Below are positions 30,682-41,485 of a stretch of 64,000 nucleotides of DNA, one piece after another (position 1 is the first letter of the stretch; each line of letters begins with the position of its first letter). Location: assembly GCA_039190745.1 (NCBI GenBank), contig JBCCXZ010000003.1, positions 59,760 to 123,759 of the forward strand, given 5' to 3'. Position numbers and translations under genes: made by a program. The notes below the pieces were generated by a model. That model saw only the letters and a program-made list of their open reading frames with translations. It was not told the origin of the DNA and searched no databases. Source of the DNA: Planctomycetota bacterium. GTDB lineage: Bacteria; Planctomycetota; Planctomycetia; Pirellulales; Lacipirellulaceae.

Positions 30682-32235
30682 ATGAACTTACGGAAAGCCG
30701 CGTTCCTACTTGTTTGTTGTCTGACTGCCGTTCCTGCAGAAGCCGCGCTGCAGATTACGGAGTTGATGATCGAGCCGAACGAAGACACTGCCTGGGAGTG
30801 GTTCGAGATCAGGAACACCGGCACATCGTCGGTCGACCTCGACGGTTACATCGTCGATCGATTGGGAGACGTACAGATCTCCGCAACAGCCGCCCCCAAC
30901 GTCGATAGCTCGGTTACCGCCAATACAGTCATCCCGCCCGACGGGGTTGCCGTGCTCTACGACGCGGTGGTGGGTTCGGGTAGTCCGGCCAACTTCAACG
31001 ATCAGGTTTTCCGGGATGCGTGGTCGCTCCCGCCGTCGACGCCCATCATCGGCCTGCAAGGCTTCCCGGCGCTGACAAACACGGGGACCGCCTTCGGTCT
31101 CTGGCCCAACCGGACCGCCTACGAGGCCGATCTGTTCGACGACAACGGCACGATGCGGGTGGGAGGGTTTGCGAGCGCGGACGTCAGCATCGACTACCGC
31201 CTAGGTTTCCCGGCCCGCGACGGGGTCGCGTCGATTTCCTGGGACGGAACCGACAGCTTCCAGACCGGCTCGAACTGGTTCTTGAACCAAGACGGCTCCG
31301 GCGGGGCCATCGAGAGCGTTGAAGCCACCATCATGGGAGGTCAGCTCAACAGCACCGACGACATCGGCAATCCCGGTATCGCTCCCGGCGGGACGGCTCC
31401 CAGCAGCGTGCTGATCACGGAGGTGATGTACGACCCCGACTCGGCCGAAGACGACTGGGAGTGGATCGAGATCTACAACGGCACGCCCGCCACGCTGGAC
31501 TTCACGCAGGGCTACGTGCTCGACGATGACGATTTCGGCGACATCTCCGCCGCAAACATCACTTCGGGAAGCGTGCCGAGCGGAACCACCGCAGTACTCT
31601 TCAACGACGACCTCACGCTCGCCGACATTCAGCAAGCCTGGGACGCGGGCGGGGCCTTGGGCACGAACTTCATCCCTGTGAGCAACTGGCCGGCCTTAGC
31701 AAACAGCGGAGACGCCATCGGCCTGTGGAGCAGCTTCTCGGACTACAAGAACGAGGCCGTTACCGGTTCAGGACGCACCACCGGCAACGCCGCGGCAGCC
31801 CTGGACTACGACAGCGGCATGGGCTGGCCATCGGCGAACGACCGGGCCTCCATTTCGCTGGACGACCTCGCCGCCACCCCGATTACGGCGGCCAATTGGT
31901 CACGCAGCTCTTCGAGCGACGGCGTCTCTTTCAACGCCGCTCCCTCAGCCGGTAGCGTGCTCGTCCACCCCGGCGGCGACATCGGCAGCCCCGGCTTCGC
32001 TGCCGGCGGCCCGGCCTTGGCGGCCGACCTCGACTCTGACGCCGACGTCGATATCAGCGACTTGCTCGCCTGGCAGCGCGACGACGGCTCTGCTGGTGGT
32101 TTGGCGACCTGGCGTAATGAAGTTGGCGCCGGGATGGCGGTTGCCGCCATGAATGCAGTCCCCGAGCCGAACACGGCGATGCTCACAAGCTTGCTGCTTG
32201 CGGGTGTGCTCAGCACACGGTTTAGCCGCCGCTGA
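30682..32235 (+). CDS. Secreted protein with two lamin-tail domains and a PEP-CTERM sorting signal
   Basis: Signal peptide; two ITE[LV]M..P...WEW[FI]EI.N repeats; C-terminal VPEP + TM + RR. Confidence 0.85.
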   Translation: MNLRKAAFLLVCCLTAVPAEAALQITELMIEPNEDTAWEWFEIRNTGTSSVDLDGYIVDRLGDVQISATAAPNVDSSVTANTVIPPDGVAVLYDAVVGSGSPANFNDQVFRDAWSLPPSTPIIGLQGFPALTNTGTAFGLWPNRTAYEADLFDDNGTMRVGGFASADVSIDYRLGFPARDGVASISWDGTDSFQTGSNWFLNQDGSGGAIESVEATIMGGQLNSTDDIGNPGIAPGGTAPSSVLITEVMYDPDSAEDDWEWIEIYNGTPATLDFTQGYVLDDDDFGDISAANITSGSVPSGTTAVLFNDDLTLADIQQAWDAGGALGTNFIPVSNWPALANSGDAIGLWSSFSDYKNEAVTGSGRTTGNAAAALDYDSGMGWPSANDRASISLDDLAATPITAANWSRSSSSDGVSFNAAPSAGSVLVHPGGDIGSPGFAAGGPALAADLDSDADVDISDLLAWQRDDGSAGGLATWRNEVGAGMAVAAMNAVPEPNTAMLTSLLLAGVLSTRFSRR

Positions 32236-32608
32236 GCCAACGGCCGCACGCCAGCCCAGCCCCGACCGCCGCCAGACCAAGCACCACGTTGGCTGCAATA
32301 TTGGTCGTCGCCAGCCCGTGCCGCGAACCCTCAACCAGTCTCGCGGTGTCGTACCCGAACGTAGAGAACGTCGTAAGCGCCCCGAGGAAACCGATCGTCA
32401 GGCCGGAGTGCGCCGCCGGGTGCCAGCGTGCTGAGTCGCTCGTCCCCAGTGGAATCGCGAGCCCTAACAAAAAGCAGCCGGCCGTATTTACCGCCAGCGT
32501 CCCGAACGCGAAGTGGTCGCCCAACAGCCGTGCACAGCCCTGGTTGACCCCGTAGCGGCACACAGCTCCAACCGCACCCCCGATCGCGATGGCGACCACG
32601 TGCTGCAT
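32222..32608 (-). CDS. crcB: Fluoride efflux channel CrcB/FluC
   Basis: GGAVGAVCRY, GTLAVN, GFLGALTTFSTF. Confidence 0.93.
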   Translation of the reverse strand: MQHVVAIAIGGAVGAVCRYGVNQGCARLLGDHFAFGTLAVNTAGCFLLGLAIPLGTSDSARWHPAAHSGLTIGFLGALTTFSTFGYDTARLVEGSRHGLATTNIAANVVLGLAAVGAGLACGRWLSGG

Positions 32609-32757
32609 AAACTTCGCCGCTTGTTTTCAAGGATACGGTTTGGCCCAACGCTCAGACCCACCGAGCGTCTGCTCGACCGGTAGGCCCGGGTCAACTATAA
32701 CCCAACCCAGCGCTATCCGGCACGTCCGCTCTCCGCCGACTGACCCCTCGCCTGGCA

Positions 32758-33339
32758 ATGATTCAGATCGTCGACAACTACGATTCCTTTACTTACAACC
32801 TCGTCCAGCGGCTTGGCGAGATCGATCCCGGGCTCGCGATCCGGGTCGACCGCAACGACGAGACTACAGTCGACGAGATTCTTCAGCGTCAACCGGACCG
32901 CGTCGTGGTGTCGCCGGGCCCGTGCACGCCGTCCGAAGCGGGCGTCTCGGTAGAGTGTTGCAAGCGGCTCGCCGGGCGTCGGCCGCTGCTGGGGGTCTGC
33001 TTAGGCCACCAGTCGATCGGTCAGGCGTTCGGGGCCGAGATCGTCCGCGCCGACCGGTTGATGCACGGGAAAACCGACTTGGTCCACCACACGGGCGGGC
33101 CCTTGTTCAATGGGTTGGACAATCCCTTCCAAGCCACCCGCTATCACAGCCTGGTGATCAAGCCAGGGACGCTCCCCGACGAGTTTGAGGTGACCGCTTG
33201 GTGCGAAGCCCCGGACGGCAGTCGCGAGATCATGGGCATCCAGCACCGAGAGCACGCATTGTTCGGCCTGCAGTTCCATCCGGAGAGCTTTCTCACGCAC
33301 GCCGGCAAGGACATCCTCCGCAACTTCCTCGCGGTCTGA
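32758..33339 (+). CDS. trpG: Anthranilate/aminodeoxychorismate synthase component II (glutamine amidotransferase)
   Basis: DNYDSFTYNL, SPGPCTP, GVCLGHQ, RYHSL, QFHPES. Confidence 0.92.
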   Translation: MIQIVDNYDSFTYNLVQRLGEIDPGLAIRVDRNDETTVDEILQRQPDRVVVSPGPCTPSEAGVSVECCKRLAGRRPLLGVCLGHQSIGQAFGAEIVRADRLMHGKTDLVHHTGGPLFNGLDNPFQATRYHSLVIKPGTLPDEFEVTAWCEAPDGSREIMGIQHREHALFGLQFHPESFLTHAGKDILRNFLAV

Positions 33340-33348
33340 GGCCGCCCT

Positions 33349-34551
33349 ATGCTCTCGGTCGACCAAGCCTGGGGCCTCCTCAAGCAGCACGCCGCGCCGC
33401 TGTCGGCGGAGGAGGTGTCGACGCTCGACGCCAACGGCCTGTGCCTGGCGGAGACTGTGACAAGCCCGATCGACTCGCCGCCCTTCGACAAGTCGATGGT
33501 CGACGGCTACGCGGTGATCGCCGGCGACACGGGGCTTCATCGAGCAGTCGTAGAGGAGGTCGTTGCCGGCCAGACGCCCTCCCGGCTCGTTGCTCCGGGT
33601 GAAGCGGTTCGCATCATGACCGGCGCCCCCATGCCCAAGGGGGCCGACGCGGTCGTGAAACGCGAGGATACTGACGAGAGCGACCCGGCCTTCGTGGGCA
33701 TGCTCGACTGCAAACCCAAACCGGGCAAGTGCGTCATGCACCGCGGCGCCGCTTTCCAATCCGGCGAGACCCTGTTGCAACCGCCCAAGAAACTGGGCCC
33801 CGCCGACTTGGCTTTGCTCACCGAGATTGGCCGGGTGAGCGTCCGAGTTGTCCCAAGACCGAAAGCGGCCCTCCTGCCCACCGGCGACGAACTTGTCCCG
33901 TTCGACCAGGCGCCCGCTCCCGGGCAGATCCGCAATAGCAACGGGCCAATGCTGACCGCGCTGCTAGCCGATCTTCGGGTCCCAACCGAAAACCTCGGCA
34001 TCGGTCGAGACGACCCCGAAGACCTCGCACGCAGGATCGAAGAGGGCCTTCAGCGGGACGTGCTGATCCTCTCCGGCGGCGTCTCCGCCGGCGACAAAGA
34101 CCTCGTCCCCGACATCCTAGAAAGCTTGGGCGTGCGGAAGGTACTCCACAAAGTCCGCGTCAAGCCGGGCAAGCCGATCTGGTTCGGCGTTCGTGAGAAG
34201 GAGGGCCGGCGTAGCTTGGTTTTCGGTCTCCCCGGAAACCCCGTCAGTGCCTTCGTCGCGTTCCATCTATTTGTGAGGCCGATGCTCTCCGCGGTTAGCG
34301 GCGAAGTGTTTCAAACACCGATGACGCAACCGATCGCGCTCGCCAAGGAAGTGTCTCACAAGGGGCCGAGGCCAACCTATCAACCGGCGATCGTCCGACG
34401 CGACGCTCCCCAGGCAACCGTCGAGGTACTGCCCTGGGTCGGCTCGGCAGACCTATCGACGCTCTCGCGGGCGAACGCACTCGCCGCACTGCCCGCGGGC
34501 GACTATCGGCTGCGCGCTTCGGAATTGGTAGAAATCCTCCCGCTGTGTTGA
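33349..34551 (+). CDS. moeA: Molybdopterin molybdotransferase
   Basis: PPFDKSMVDGYA, IMTGAPMP, TGDEL, SGGVSAGDKD, KPGKP, LPGNP. Confidence 0.95.
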   Translation: MLSVDQAWGLLKQHAAPLSAEEVSTLDANGLCLAETVTSPIDSPPFDKSMVDGYAVIAGDTGLHRAVVEEVVAGQTPSRLVAPGEAVRIMTGAPMPKGADAVVKREDTDESDPAFVGMLDCKPKPGKCVMHRGAAFQSGETLLQPPKKLGPADLALLTEIGRVSVRVVPRPKAALLPTGDELVPFDQAPAPGQIRNSNGPMLTALLADLRVPTENLGIGRDDPEDLARRIEEGLQRDVLILSGGVSAGDKDLVPDILESLGVRKVLHKVRVKPGKPIWFGVREKEGRRSLVFGLPGNPVSAFVAFHLFVRPMLSAVSGEVFQTPMTQPIALAKEVSHKGPRPTYQPAIVRRDAPQATVEVLPWVGSADLSTLSRANALAALPAGDYRLRASELVEILPLC

Positions 34552-34570
34552 GCGCCGTCAGGCTCTTAGC

Positions 34571-36715
34571 TCACAGCGAACGGGGGATCAATTCTAAGTC
34601 GAGCGAGATCACGAACAGCATCAACGTGATGATAAAGACGAACCCGACCGTGTGCAGGGCCACCACCAGTTTCTCGCTCGCCGGCCTGCCACGCAGCCCT
34701 TCCCACAGCAGGAACACCATGTGGCCGCCGTCGAGCAGCGGGATCGGCAGGAAGTTGATTACGGCAAGGTTCGCGCTGAGCATCGTGAGGAACACCAGCA
34801 GTTTGCCAAGACCGTCTGACGCCGAGGCGCCCGCGGCCCGCGCGATGGTGATCGGCCCGCCCAGTGAAGTGATCGGCACCTGCGTGCCGAGCTTGCCCAG
34901 GAAGCGGTAGACCAACCCGAGCGAGTCGACCGTCTGGTCGTACCCAAGAGACAGCTGCTCGCCGAGCGTGTCTGCCACACGCATCCGCTGGGCCGCCTGC
35001 AGGTACAACCCCCGCTCGGCAGTAAAAAACTCTTCGCTCGCCGTCGGCATCAACTCAACCGTCTTAGTCTCGTCGCCTCGCTTGTAGGTAAGCTCCACCC
35101 GTGTTTCTGCAGGAAGCTGCTGCAGCAGCGAGATAAAGGCCGGCCAGTCCGACTTGTTCTTCGATTTGCCCTCGTCCGTGAACACTAAGGGATCGTTCTT
35201 CTTTGGCTTGTTCGGCATGTCGTCAGGCAGCAGGAGCTTGGCCTGCACGATGATGTCGCCCTTCTGCAGCCCCGCATCCGCCGCCGCTCCCGCGCGAACT
35301 CCGTCCACACGGTTGAGCACCCGGTAAGCGACCCCTAGGGCCGGCGCAGAGAGCGGGTCGCCCGGCGAGATCGCCGACTCCAACCAAGTAACGTCTCGGA
35401 GTGAAATAGGCAGTTCTTCGGTTTCTTGACGCCCCTCGGCGCCGGTGCCCGACCTCCTCACCGTCAACCGAGCGTCGCGGCCTTCGGCGGCAAGTTGCCG
35501 CAGTTCTTCCGGCAGGGTTATGGGGTCCGCGAAGCTCCAATCCTGGTCGGTCAGTTCCGCGTCCGGGGTCTCCTCCGCGCTCTGCACCCGATCGATGATA
35601 TCGCCCGGCCGCAGCACCTCCGACGCGGGGGTCCCGTCTTCAACCGCTACGACCTTGCCCGTTTCCATGACAAGCCCGAGCCGCCGCATCGGCTGCGGCG
35701 GGATCGTGACTTCGATCTCTTCGCCGCCCGTGCGGGACCCGAACGGATCGTTTTCATTTGCTTCGCCGCCGCGCCGGACCACGATTGTCAGGGGCTTGTC
35801 CGGTCCAGACGCCAACGCCGCCGCCAGCTGGCTGTACTCGGAGATTGGCTCGCCGTTTGCCGCGATGATCTCATCGCTCCCTTCGAGCGCGGGCGTCGCT
35901 AGGGAGGCAGCCGAACCCGGACGGAACGGCTGCTCTTTGACCAGCCGGAGTGAAGAATAGGAAGCAATGCCTACCCGGGCGGGACCGCCATCCTGCCGCG
36001 GCCTCAGTGTTACGTCTTCGATCGATTCTTGGCCCGCCTTGCGGACGCCGAACTCGATTCCATTCTCAAGGTCTCCGAGCATCACCCCGCCCTGCAGGTC
36101 GAGGAAAGACGGATCCTTCTTATCGCCGATCCGAACGATCTCGTCTCCAGTACGGATGCCGGCCTGCCACGCGGGCGAGCCGGGGGCCGCTTTGGAGACG
36201 ATGCAAGGCTGGTACGGCACGCCAATCCCAAAGGCCACCGCAGCAAAAATGAACGCAAAGATCACGTTCATCACAACCCCGGCCGAGATAATGGCCATCC
36301 GCTGCGGCACGCTCTTGGCAAGATAACTCCGCTTGTCGACCTGGTAGGTCTCGCCATCCGGGCCGACGATTTCTTTGGTCTCGATCTTACCGGCCGAGTC
36401 GCCGCTGACCTGCGATTCGCGCACCTGCTCGGCGATGTTGGCAGGGTTGTCGTCCTGGCCGAGCATCTTTACGTACCCGCCTAGCGGTAGGATGCCGATC
36501 CCGTACTCGGTCTCGCCGATCTTGCGGCTGAGTTTGTATCCGCCGATGTCAAACCCGACGAAGAACTTGTGGCACATCACGCCGCACATCTTCGCGACGG
36601 CGAAGTGGCCCAACTCGTGCACGAAGATGACCGCGCCCAGCCCGAGCGCAACCTGCACGATGACCCACAGCAGGCCGACGATTTCCTGGGGGGAGTACGC
36701 GGCGATTAAGCACAT
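34571..36715 (-). CDS. rseP: Site-2 (M50) intramembrane metalloprotease RseP with multiple PDZ domains
   Basis: FVHELGH, LPLGGYVKM, PDZ repeats, NFLPIPLLDGGH; overlaps the dxr stop; exact start uncertain. Confidence 0.92.
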   Translation of the reverse strand: MCLIAAYSPQEIVGLLWVIVQVALGLGAVIFVHELGHFAVAKMCGVMCHKFFVGFDIGGYKLSRKIGETEYGIGILPLGGYVKMLGQDDNPANIAEQVRESQVSGDSAGKIETKEIVGPDGETYQVDKRSYLAKSVPQRMAIISAGVVMNVIFAFIFAAVAFGIGVPYQPCIVSKAAPGSPAWQAGIRTGDEIVRIGDKKDPSFLDLQGGVMLGDLENGIEFGVRKAGQESIEDVTLRPRQDGGPARVGIASYSSLRLVKEQPFRPGSAASLATPALEGSDEIIAANGEPISEYSQLAAALASGPDKPLTIVVRRGGEANENDPFGSRTGGEEIEVTIPPQPMRRLGLVMETGKVVAVEDGTPASEVLRPGDIIDRVQSAEETPDAELTDQDWSFADPITLPEELRQLAAEGRDARLTVRRSGTGAEGRQETEELPISLRDVTWLESAISPGDPLSAPALGVAYRVLNRVDGVRAGAAADAGLQKGDIIVQAKLLLPDDMPNKPKKNDPLVFTDEGKSKNKSDWPAFISLLQQLPAETRVELTYKRGDETKTVELMPTASEEFFTAERGLYLQAAQRMRVADTLGEQLSLGYDQTVDSLGLVYRFLGKLGTQVPITSLGGPITIARAAGASASDGLGKLLVFLTMLSANLAVINFLPIPLLDGGHMVFLLWEGLRGRPASEKLVVALHTVGFVFIITLMLFVISLDLELIPRSL

Positions 36716-37875
36716 ATCCAACGGTTGATCTCCTCGCGTGCCCACCGGTCGAGCGCGACAAGCCGGGGCAGTTCAGGGTCTGATTCGAAATCGTGGGCAC
36801 GCAGCACGCCGCGGCACGCCGGCACGATTTGTGTGAATTCTAGCTCACCTCGCAGGAACAGCCCAACAGCCGCTTCATTGGCGGCGTTGAGCACAGCCCC
36901 GGCGGTGCCGCCCGCTTCGGCGCACTCGAAGCCAAGATCGAGGGCCGGAAAGCGATCGCGGTCGGCCGGCTCAAACGTCCAGGAATGCGCGGCGGACCAG
37001 TCCATCTTCTGAGCCACGCCCGGCACCCGGTCAGGGTAGCAGAGGGCGTGCTGGATCGGCAGCCGCATGTCCGGCGGACCGAGTTGAGCGACAACAGCCC
37101 CGTCGTGGAACTCGACCATCGAGTGCACGACCGACTGCGGGTGGACCATCACCTCGATCCTCTCGGCCGGTACCCCGAACAGCCACCGGGCTTCGATGAC
37201 TTCGAGCGCTTTGTTCATCATCGTAGCCGAGTCCACTGTGATCTTCTCGCCCATCTGCCAGGTGGGGTGCGCGAGGGCGTCGCTGACGGTGACTCCTGAG
37301 AGTTCCCCCAGCGGGGTCTCTCGGAAAGGCCCGCCACTAGCAGTCAGCACAAGGCGCGACACCTCGGCGGGTCGGCCGGCTAGCATCGCTTGAAAGATCG
37401 CGCTGTGCTCGCTGTCGACCGGAAGCAGCGGCGCCGCGTGCTGCTCTGACAATCGTGTGACGTAGGCGCCTGCGCAGACCAGCGTCTCTTTGTTGGCCAC
37501 GGCGACCGGCTTACCGGCTTCTAGTGCTGTGATTGTGCTGCCGAGTCCGGCCGAACCGACGATCGCCGCTAGCACGATGTCGACGCTCTCCGACGCGGCG
37601 ACCTCGTCGAGGGCTTGCGCGCCGACCTTCAGTTCACAGCCTTCGGGCAGCCCTGACCAGTCAAACCCGGCCGCTGCCTCCGCGTCCGCGGCAACAACGC
37701 AGTCCGGACGGCACAGCCGTGCTTGCTCGACAAGCTCCTTCAATCGGCTATGGGCCGAGAGAGCAGCCGCACGCAGTCGACCGCCGCTTGCCCGGATTAC
37801 CTCCAACGCATTCACGCCGATGCTGCCGGTCGAACCGAAGACCGCGACTTGTTTGGACCCGTCTGACGCTGGCAT
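36706..37875 (-). CDS. dxr: 1-deoxy-D-xylulose-5-phosphate reductoisomerase
   Basis: GSTGSIG, ANKE, PVDSEHSA, TASGGPF, HPTWQMG.KITVDSATMMNK. Confidence 0.97.
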   Translation of the reverse strand: MPASDGSKQVAVFGSTGSIGVNALEVIRASGGRLRAAALSAHSRLKELVEQARLCRPDCVVAADAEAAAGFDWSGLPEGCELKVGAQALDEVAASESVDIVLAAIVGSAGLGSTITALEAGKPVAVANKETLVCAGAYVTRLSEQHAAPLLPVDSEHSAIFQAMLAGRPAEVSRLVLTASGGPFRETPLGELSGVTVSDALAHPTWQMGEKITVDSATMMNKALEVIEARWLFGVPAERIEVMVHPQSVVHSMVEFHDGAVVAQLGPPDMRLPIQHALCYPDRVPGVAQKMDWSAAHSWTFEPADRDRFPALDLGFECAEAGGTAGAVLNAANEAAVGLFLRGELEFTQIVPACRGVLRAHDFESDPELPRLVALDRWAREEINRWICA

Positions 37876-38194
37876 GCCGAGCCCGTTAGAGTGCCGCAAG
37901 ACCTGCTCGCAGGTGCGAGAAACAAATCGGCACAGGCGGCACGCCGCACAAGCCGCTTGTGATGTGCGTAAGTTAGTTGGCGGTTAGCTGCAGAGATGCA
38001 AAGCGATTCCGGCTTCTGCCGAGACGGTCGGATTGTACGGGTCGTAGCGGCAAGCGGCAAGGCAACTAAAGCTATACCGCTTAAGCATTAACGTTTGTTT
38101 TTTCCGGTCTGCAGACTTAGGATGGATCCGGTACCGTGACGCCTGCTTCACGGTCTCATCCGCACCGATTCCAGCCTACTACCGAGCCTCGGCA

Positions 38195-40327
38195 ATGGAC
38201 GATCAATCAAAGAACTCTAAGAAATCTGGCTCGAAGAAGCCCGGCGAGAAAAAGCCGCAGCCTCAGGGGAGCAACCTCGTCTGGTACGTGCTCGGCCTTT
38301 GTGTGCTGCTGCTGCTCTTGGGCACCGTGTGGAACGACGACGATCAGATGGTCGTCGAGTGGTACGACCTTGAGCGGCTCGTTGAGGCCTCCGGGGATCA
38401 GGCCGAGGGTAGCGGCTGGATCATGGTGGAGACGCAGAACGGTACGGCCCGGAACCAGTGGGAGATCAGCCAGCCCGAAGGCATCACGATCGGAACGCAG
38501 GAGGTCACCGGTGAGGTGTTCCGTCGGAAGCTGCAGCCGGCGGGGGCTTCGCCCGAGAGCGGGGACACTCTCAATGAAATTGCCCCTGAGCCCTCTGCCA
38601 CGCCCGCGATGGCCGGGGCCCCGGACGAGAATGAACCCGCGAAGATGAAGTTCCGCACCGCCCGGTTGCCGAACGAACAGGGGCTGGCGGCCCTGCTCAA
38701 GGAAAACCAAGTCCGCTTCAAGATCGCCGACCCGCCCAGCGCTCTGATCAGCTATCTGCCGGTGCTGATGCTTACCGGCATGTTCGTGATCCTGATGATC
38801 ATCATGCTCCGCCGAATGGGCGTGGCGGGTTCGCCGATGGCGTTCGGCCGCAGCCGCGGGAAGCTCTACGCACAGGAAGAGATTGAAGTCACCTTCGACG
38901 ACGTCGCTGGCATCGACGAGGCGGTCGACGAGCTTCGCGAGGTGGTTGATTTCCTGAAGAACCCCGAGCGTTATCAGAACTTGGGCGGCCGGATCCCTCG
39001 CGGCGTGCTGCTCATCGGCCCGCCGGGGACGGGCAAGACGCTCTTGGCGAAGGGCGTCGCCGGCGAGGCTGGCGTGCCTTTCTACAGCCTAAGCGGCTCT
39101 GACTTTGTCGAGATGTTCGTCGGCGTCGGAGCCGCCCGCGTGCGGGATATGTTCGGCCAGGCCGAGCAGCGGGCGCCGTGCATTATTTTCATCGACGAGC
39201 TCGATGCGCTGGGCAAGACCCGGGGCAGCGGGCAGATCGGCGGCCACGACGAGCGGGAGCAGACGCTCAACGCCTTGTTGGTCGAGATGGACGGCTTCGG
39301 CACGAACAGCGGCGTGATCGTGATGGCCGCGACCAACCGGCCCGAGACGCTCGACCCGGCGCTGTTGCGGCCCGGGCGGTTCGACCGGCACGTGCTGGTC
39401 GATCGGCCCGACATCGCGGGGCGTGAGGAGATCCTGGAGGTCCACCTGCAGAAGATCCGCGTGGGCGAGAACGTCGACGTGAAGGGCGTCGCGGCGATCA
39501 CGAGCGGCTTCGTGGGGGCCGACCTGGCGAACATCGTGAACGAAGCAGCGCTCCTCGCGGCACGCAACGGCAAGAAGGCCGTCGGCATGGAGGAGCTGAA
39601 CGAGGCGGTCGAGCGGTCGGCGGCGGGGCTTGAGAAGAAGAGCCGGATCATGCAGCCGGAGGAGAAGCAGCGGCTGGCGTACCACGAGAGCGGCCACGCT
39701 CTGGTGGCTTGGGCGCTGCCGAACACCGACCCGGTGCATAAGGTTTCGATCATCCCCCGCGGTGTAGGGGCTTTGGGCTACATGATGCAGCGGCCGGAGC
39801 ACGACCGGTTCATGTGGACCCGCGAGCAATTGGAATCTCAGATCCAGGTGTGCCTCGCCGGGACGGTGGCCGAGGAATTGGTCTACGACGGCGACATTGG
39901 CAACGGCGCCACTAGCGACCTGGAGCGGGCCACCGAGATCGCCCGCAGCATGGTGATGGACTTCGGCATGAGTCCGTTGGGGAGGGTTAAGTACCGGGAG
40001 AATACCCGCAACCCGTTCCTCGGCCAGGAGTCGGGGGGCACGCACCACAGCGAGCACACGGCCCGTGAGATCGACCAGGAGGTGCGCAGCATCGTGGACG
40101 AAGGCCTGAGCAAGGTCCGGCATATCTTGAATGAACGCCGCGACGTGCTGGAGGCCGTGACCGAGGAGCTGATCGAGCGCGAGACGATCGACGGCGCCGA
40201 GTTCAAGCGTCTGATGGAGGAGAACACCTCTGGGGCTCGGATCGTGCCGGGGACCGACGCGGAGCCGAAGCGGCCGACCGTTGTCTCGACGGATGAGACG
40301 GAGCAGGACCCGGCTGCGGAGGGTTGA
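38195..40327 (+). CDS. ftsH: ATP-dependent zinc metalloprotease FtsH
   Basis: Two TMs, Walker [31 protein letters not shown]. Confidence 0.97.
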   Translation: MDDQSKNSKKSGSKKPGEKKPQPQGSNLVWYVLGLCVLLLLLGTVWNDDDQMVVEWYDLERLVEASGDQAEGSGWIMVETQNGTARNQWEISQPEGITIGTQEVTGEVFRRKLQPAGASPESGDTLNEIAPEPSATPAMAGAPDENEPAKMKFRTARLPNEQGLAALLKENQVRFKIADPPSALISYLPVLMLTGMFVILMIIMLRRMGVAGSPMAFGRSRGKLYAQEEIEVTFDDVAGIDEAVDELREVVDFLKNPERYQNLGGRIPRGVLLIGPPGTGKTLLAKGVAGEAGVPFYSLSGSDFVEMFVGVGAARVRDMFGQAEQRAPCIIFIDELDALGKTRGSGQIGGHDEREQTLNALLVEMDGFGTNSGVIVMAATNRPETLDPALLRPGRFDRHVLVDRPDIAGREEILEVHLQKIRVGENVDVKGVAAITSGFVGADLANIVNEAALLAARNGKKAVGMEELNEAVERSAAGLEKKSRIMQPEEKQRLAYHESGHALVAWALPNTDPVHKVSIIPRGVGALGYMMQRPEHDRFMWTREQLESQIQVCLAGTVAEELVYDGDIGNGATSDLERATEIARSMVMDFGMSPLGRVKYRENTRNPFLGQESGGTHHSEHTAREIDQEVRSIVDEGLSKVRHILNERRDVLEAVTEELIERETIDGAEFKRLMEENTSGARIVPGTDAEPKRPTVVSTDETEQDPAAEG

Positions 40328-40532
40328 CCGCTCATTGTTCGCTCCTGCGTTTTGTCTTTAGGCACGGATTCGGGTACACGCGGCGAAACGCCTAAAGTCG
40401 TCTGCGGCTGTTGAGACGCTGGCCTAACTTCTTGCTGGCCTGCCGGCAGCGGCGAGAATCGTGGCTCTTTTTGAGGGTCCGTTCTGGCGTCTGGGGCGTT
40501 CATTCTTGGCCATAAGGTCGTTCTCCGGGGCG

Positions 40533-40559
40533 GCCGTCGAGGCGTAGCTCGACGGCTAG
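40533..40559 (-). repeat. REP-like palindrome (family 2)
   Basis: Minus strand CTAG-CCGTCGAG-ctacgc-CTCGACGGC; 9-bp stem, intergenic. Confidence 0.45.
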
Positions 40560-40722
40560 GATTATCTCTCACTTGGGCTGCTCGGCGCGCATCTTTAGTG
40601 CAGGCTCCGAGTTGCTGATGGTAACGGACGGGTTGTCAAAGAGCGGGGTGTCTTGCGGGAAGTGAACATGCGAATAGTATATGATTGCGCGGCCATTTTC
40701 AAGCTTTGGCGTTGCCGTGAGA

Positions 40723-40751
40723 CCGGCCCCGGGCGGGTCGCCCGGGGCTAA
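40723..40751 (-). repeat. REP-like palindrome (family 1), copy A
   Basis: CCGGCCCCGGGCGGGTCGCCCGGGGCTAA, identical to 42260-42288; contains the stop codon of the 40748-41476 gene. Confidence 0.8.
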
Positions 40752-41476
40752 GTGGGGTTGGTTTCTGCGGGGTTGTCGCTGTGGGTCTCGGCGAGGCGCT
40801 GGGCGATGTAGGCGTCGATGGGTTCGGCTTTGCCTTCGGGGACCCAGAGCAGCATGGACGGGGGGGTGATGAGTTTGCCCTTCGTGAGTTTGGCCTGCCG
40901 GGTGTTCTTGAAGAGTTCGCCTTTCTCGACTCGGTCGATGCGGCGCCACGGGATGAAGACCGGGATGGAGCAGATGCCGTGCTCGCCAATGAGCGTGCAG
41001 TGGCTGCGGGCCCGGTAGAGTTGATCGGTGATGGTGACCAGCACCAGGATCAGGCCGGTAGCGGCGCCCAGCAGCAGGGGGACCAAGTGGAAGGGCCAGT
41101 TCGTGAGCGGTCCCAGGTAGGTGGCCAGCGCCCAGAAGGCGATGAAGTAGACGGCGACCAGCGCGAACTCGGCGGCGTGGAGCAGCACGCGCTTGCGGGG
41201 GGTGAGCGGCTTGGCGTTGGGGAAGACGGGGAGTGAAAACTCGACGGCGCCGACCTTACGCGCCCCGCGGTCGCAGTAGGCGACCCAGAGGATGTAGAGC
41301 GGCGGGAGGACGGTGAGGAAGCCGCCGCAGTAGGCGAGCCAGACGGGCTGCAGCTCGGTTTGTAGCGAGCGGTAGTAGGCACCGACGGCGGCGAAGACGA
41401 AGGCCAGCAGCGTGGCGGCGACGGCGGCGCTGCGGAGGCCGAAGCGGGTGGGGTGGGGGAGGTCCTGGGTGCTCAT
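40748..41476 (-). CDS. Hypothetical membrane protein, paralog A
   Basis: RFGLRS N-terminal motif, about 4 TMs, C-terminal GI...IPW..I..V and IDAYIAQRLAE. Confidence 0.75.
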   Translation of the reverse strand: MSTQDLPHPTRFGLRSAAVAATLLAFVFAAVGAYYRSLQTELQPVWLAYCGGFLTVLPPLYILWVAYCDRGARKVGAVEFSLPVFPNAKPLTPRKRVLLHAAEFALVAVYFIAFWALATYLGPLTNWPFHLVPLLLGAATGLILVLVTITDQLYRARSHCTLIGEHGICSIPVFIPWRRIDRVEKGELFKNTRQAKLTKGKLITPPSMLLWVPEGKAEPIDAYIAQRLAETHSDNPAETNPT

Positions 41477-41485
41477 GCAACGATT

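Noticed and set aside
32609..32757. Fluoride riboswitch upstream of crcB
   Set aside because: No GGnGATGG...CTGATG consensus found on the minus strand
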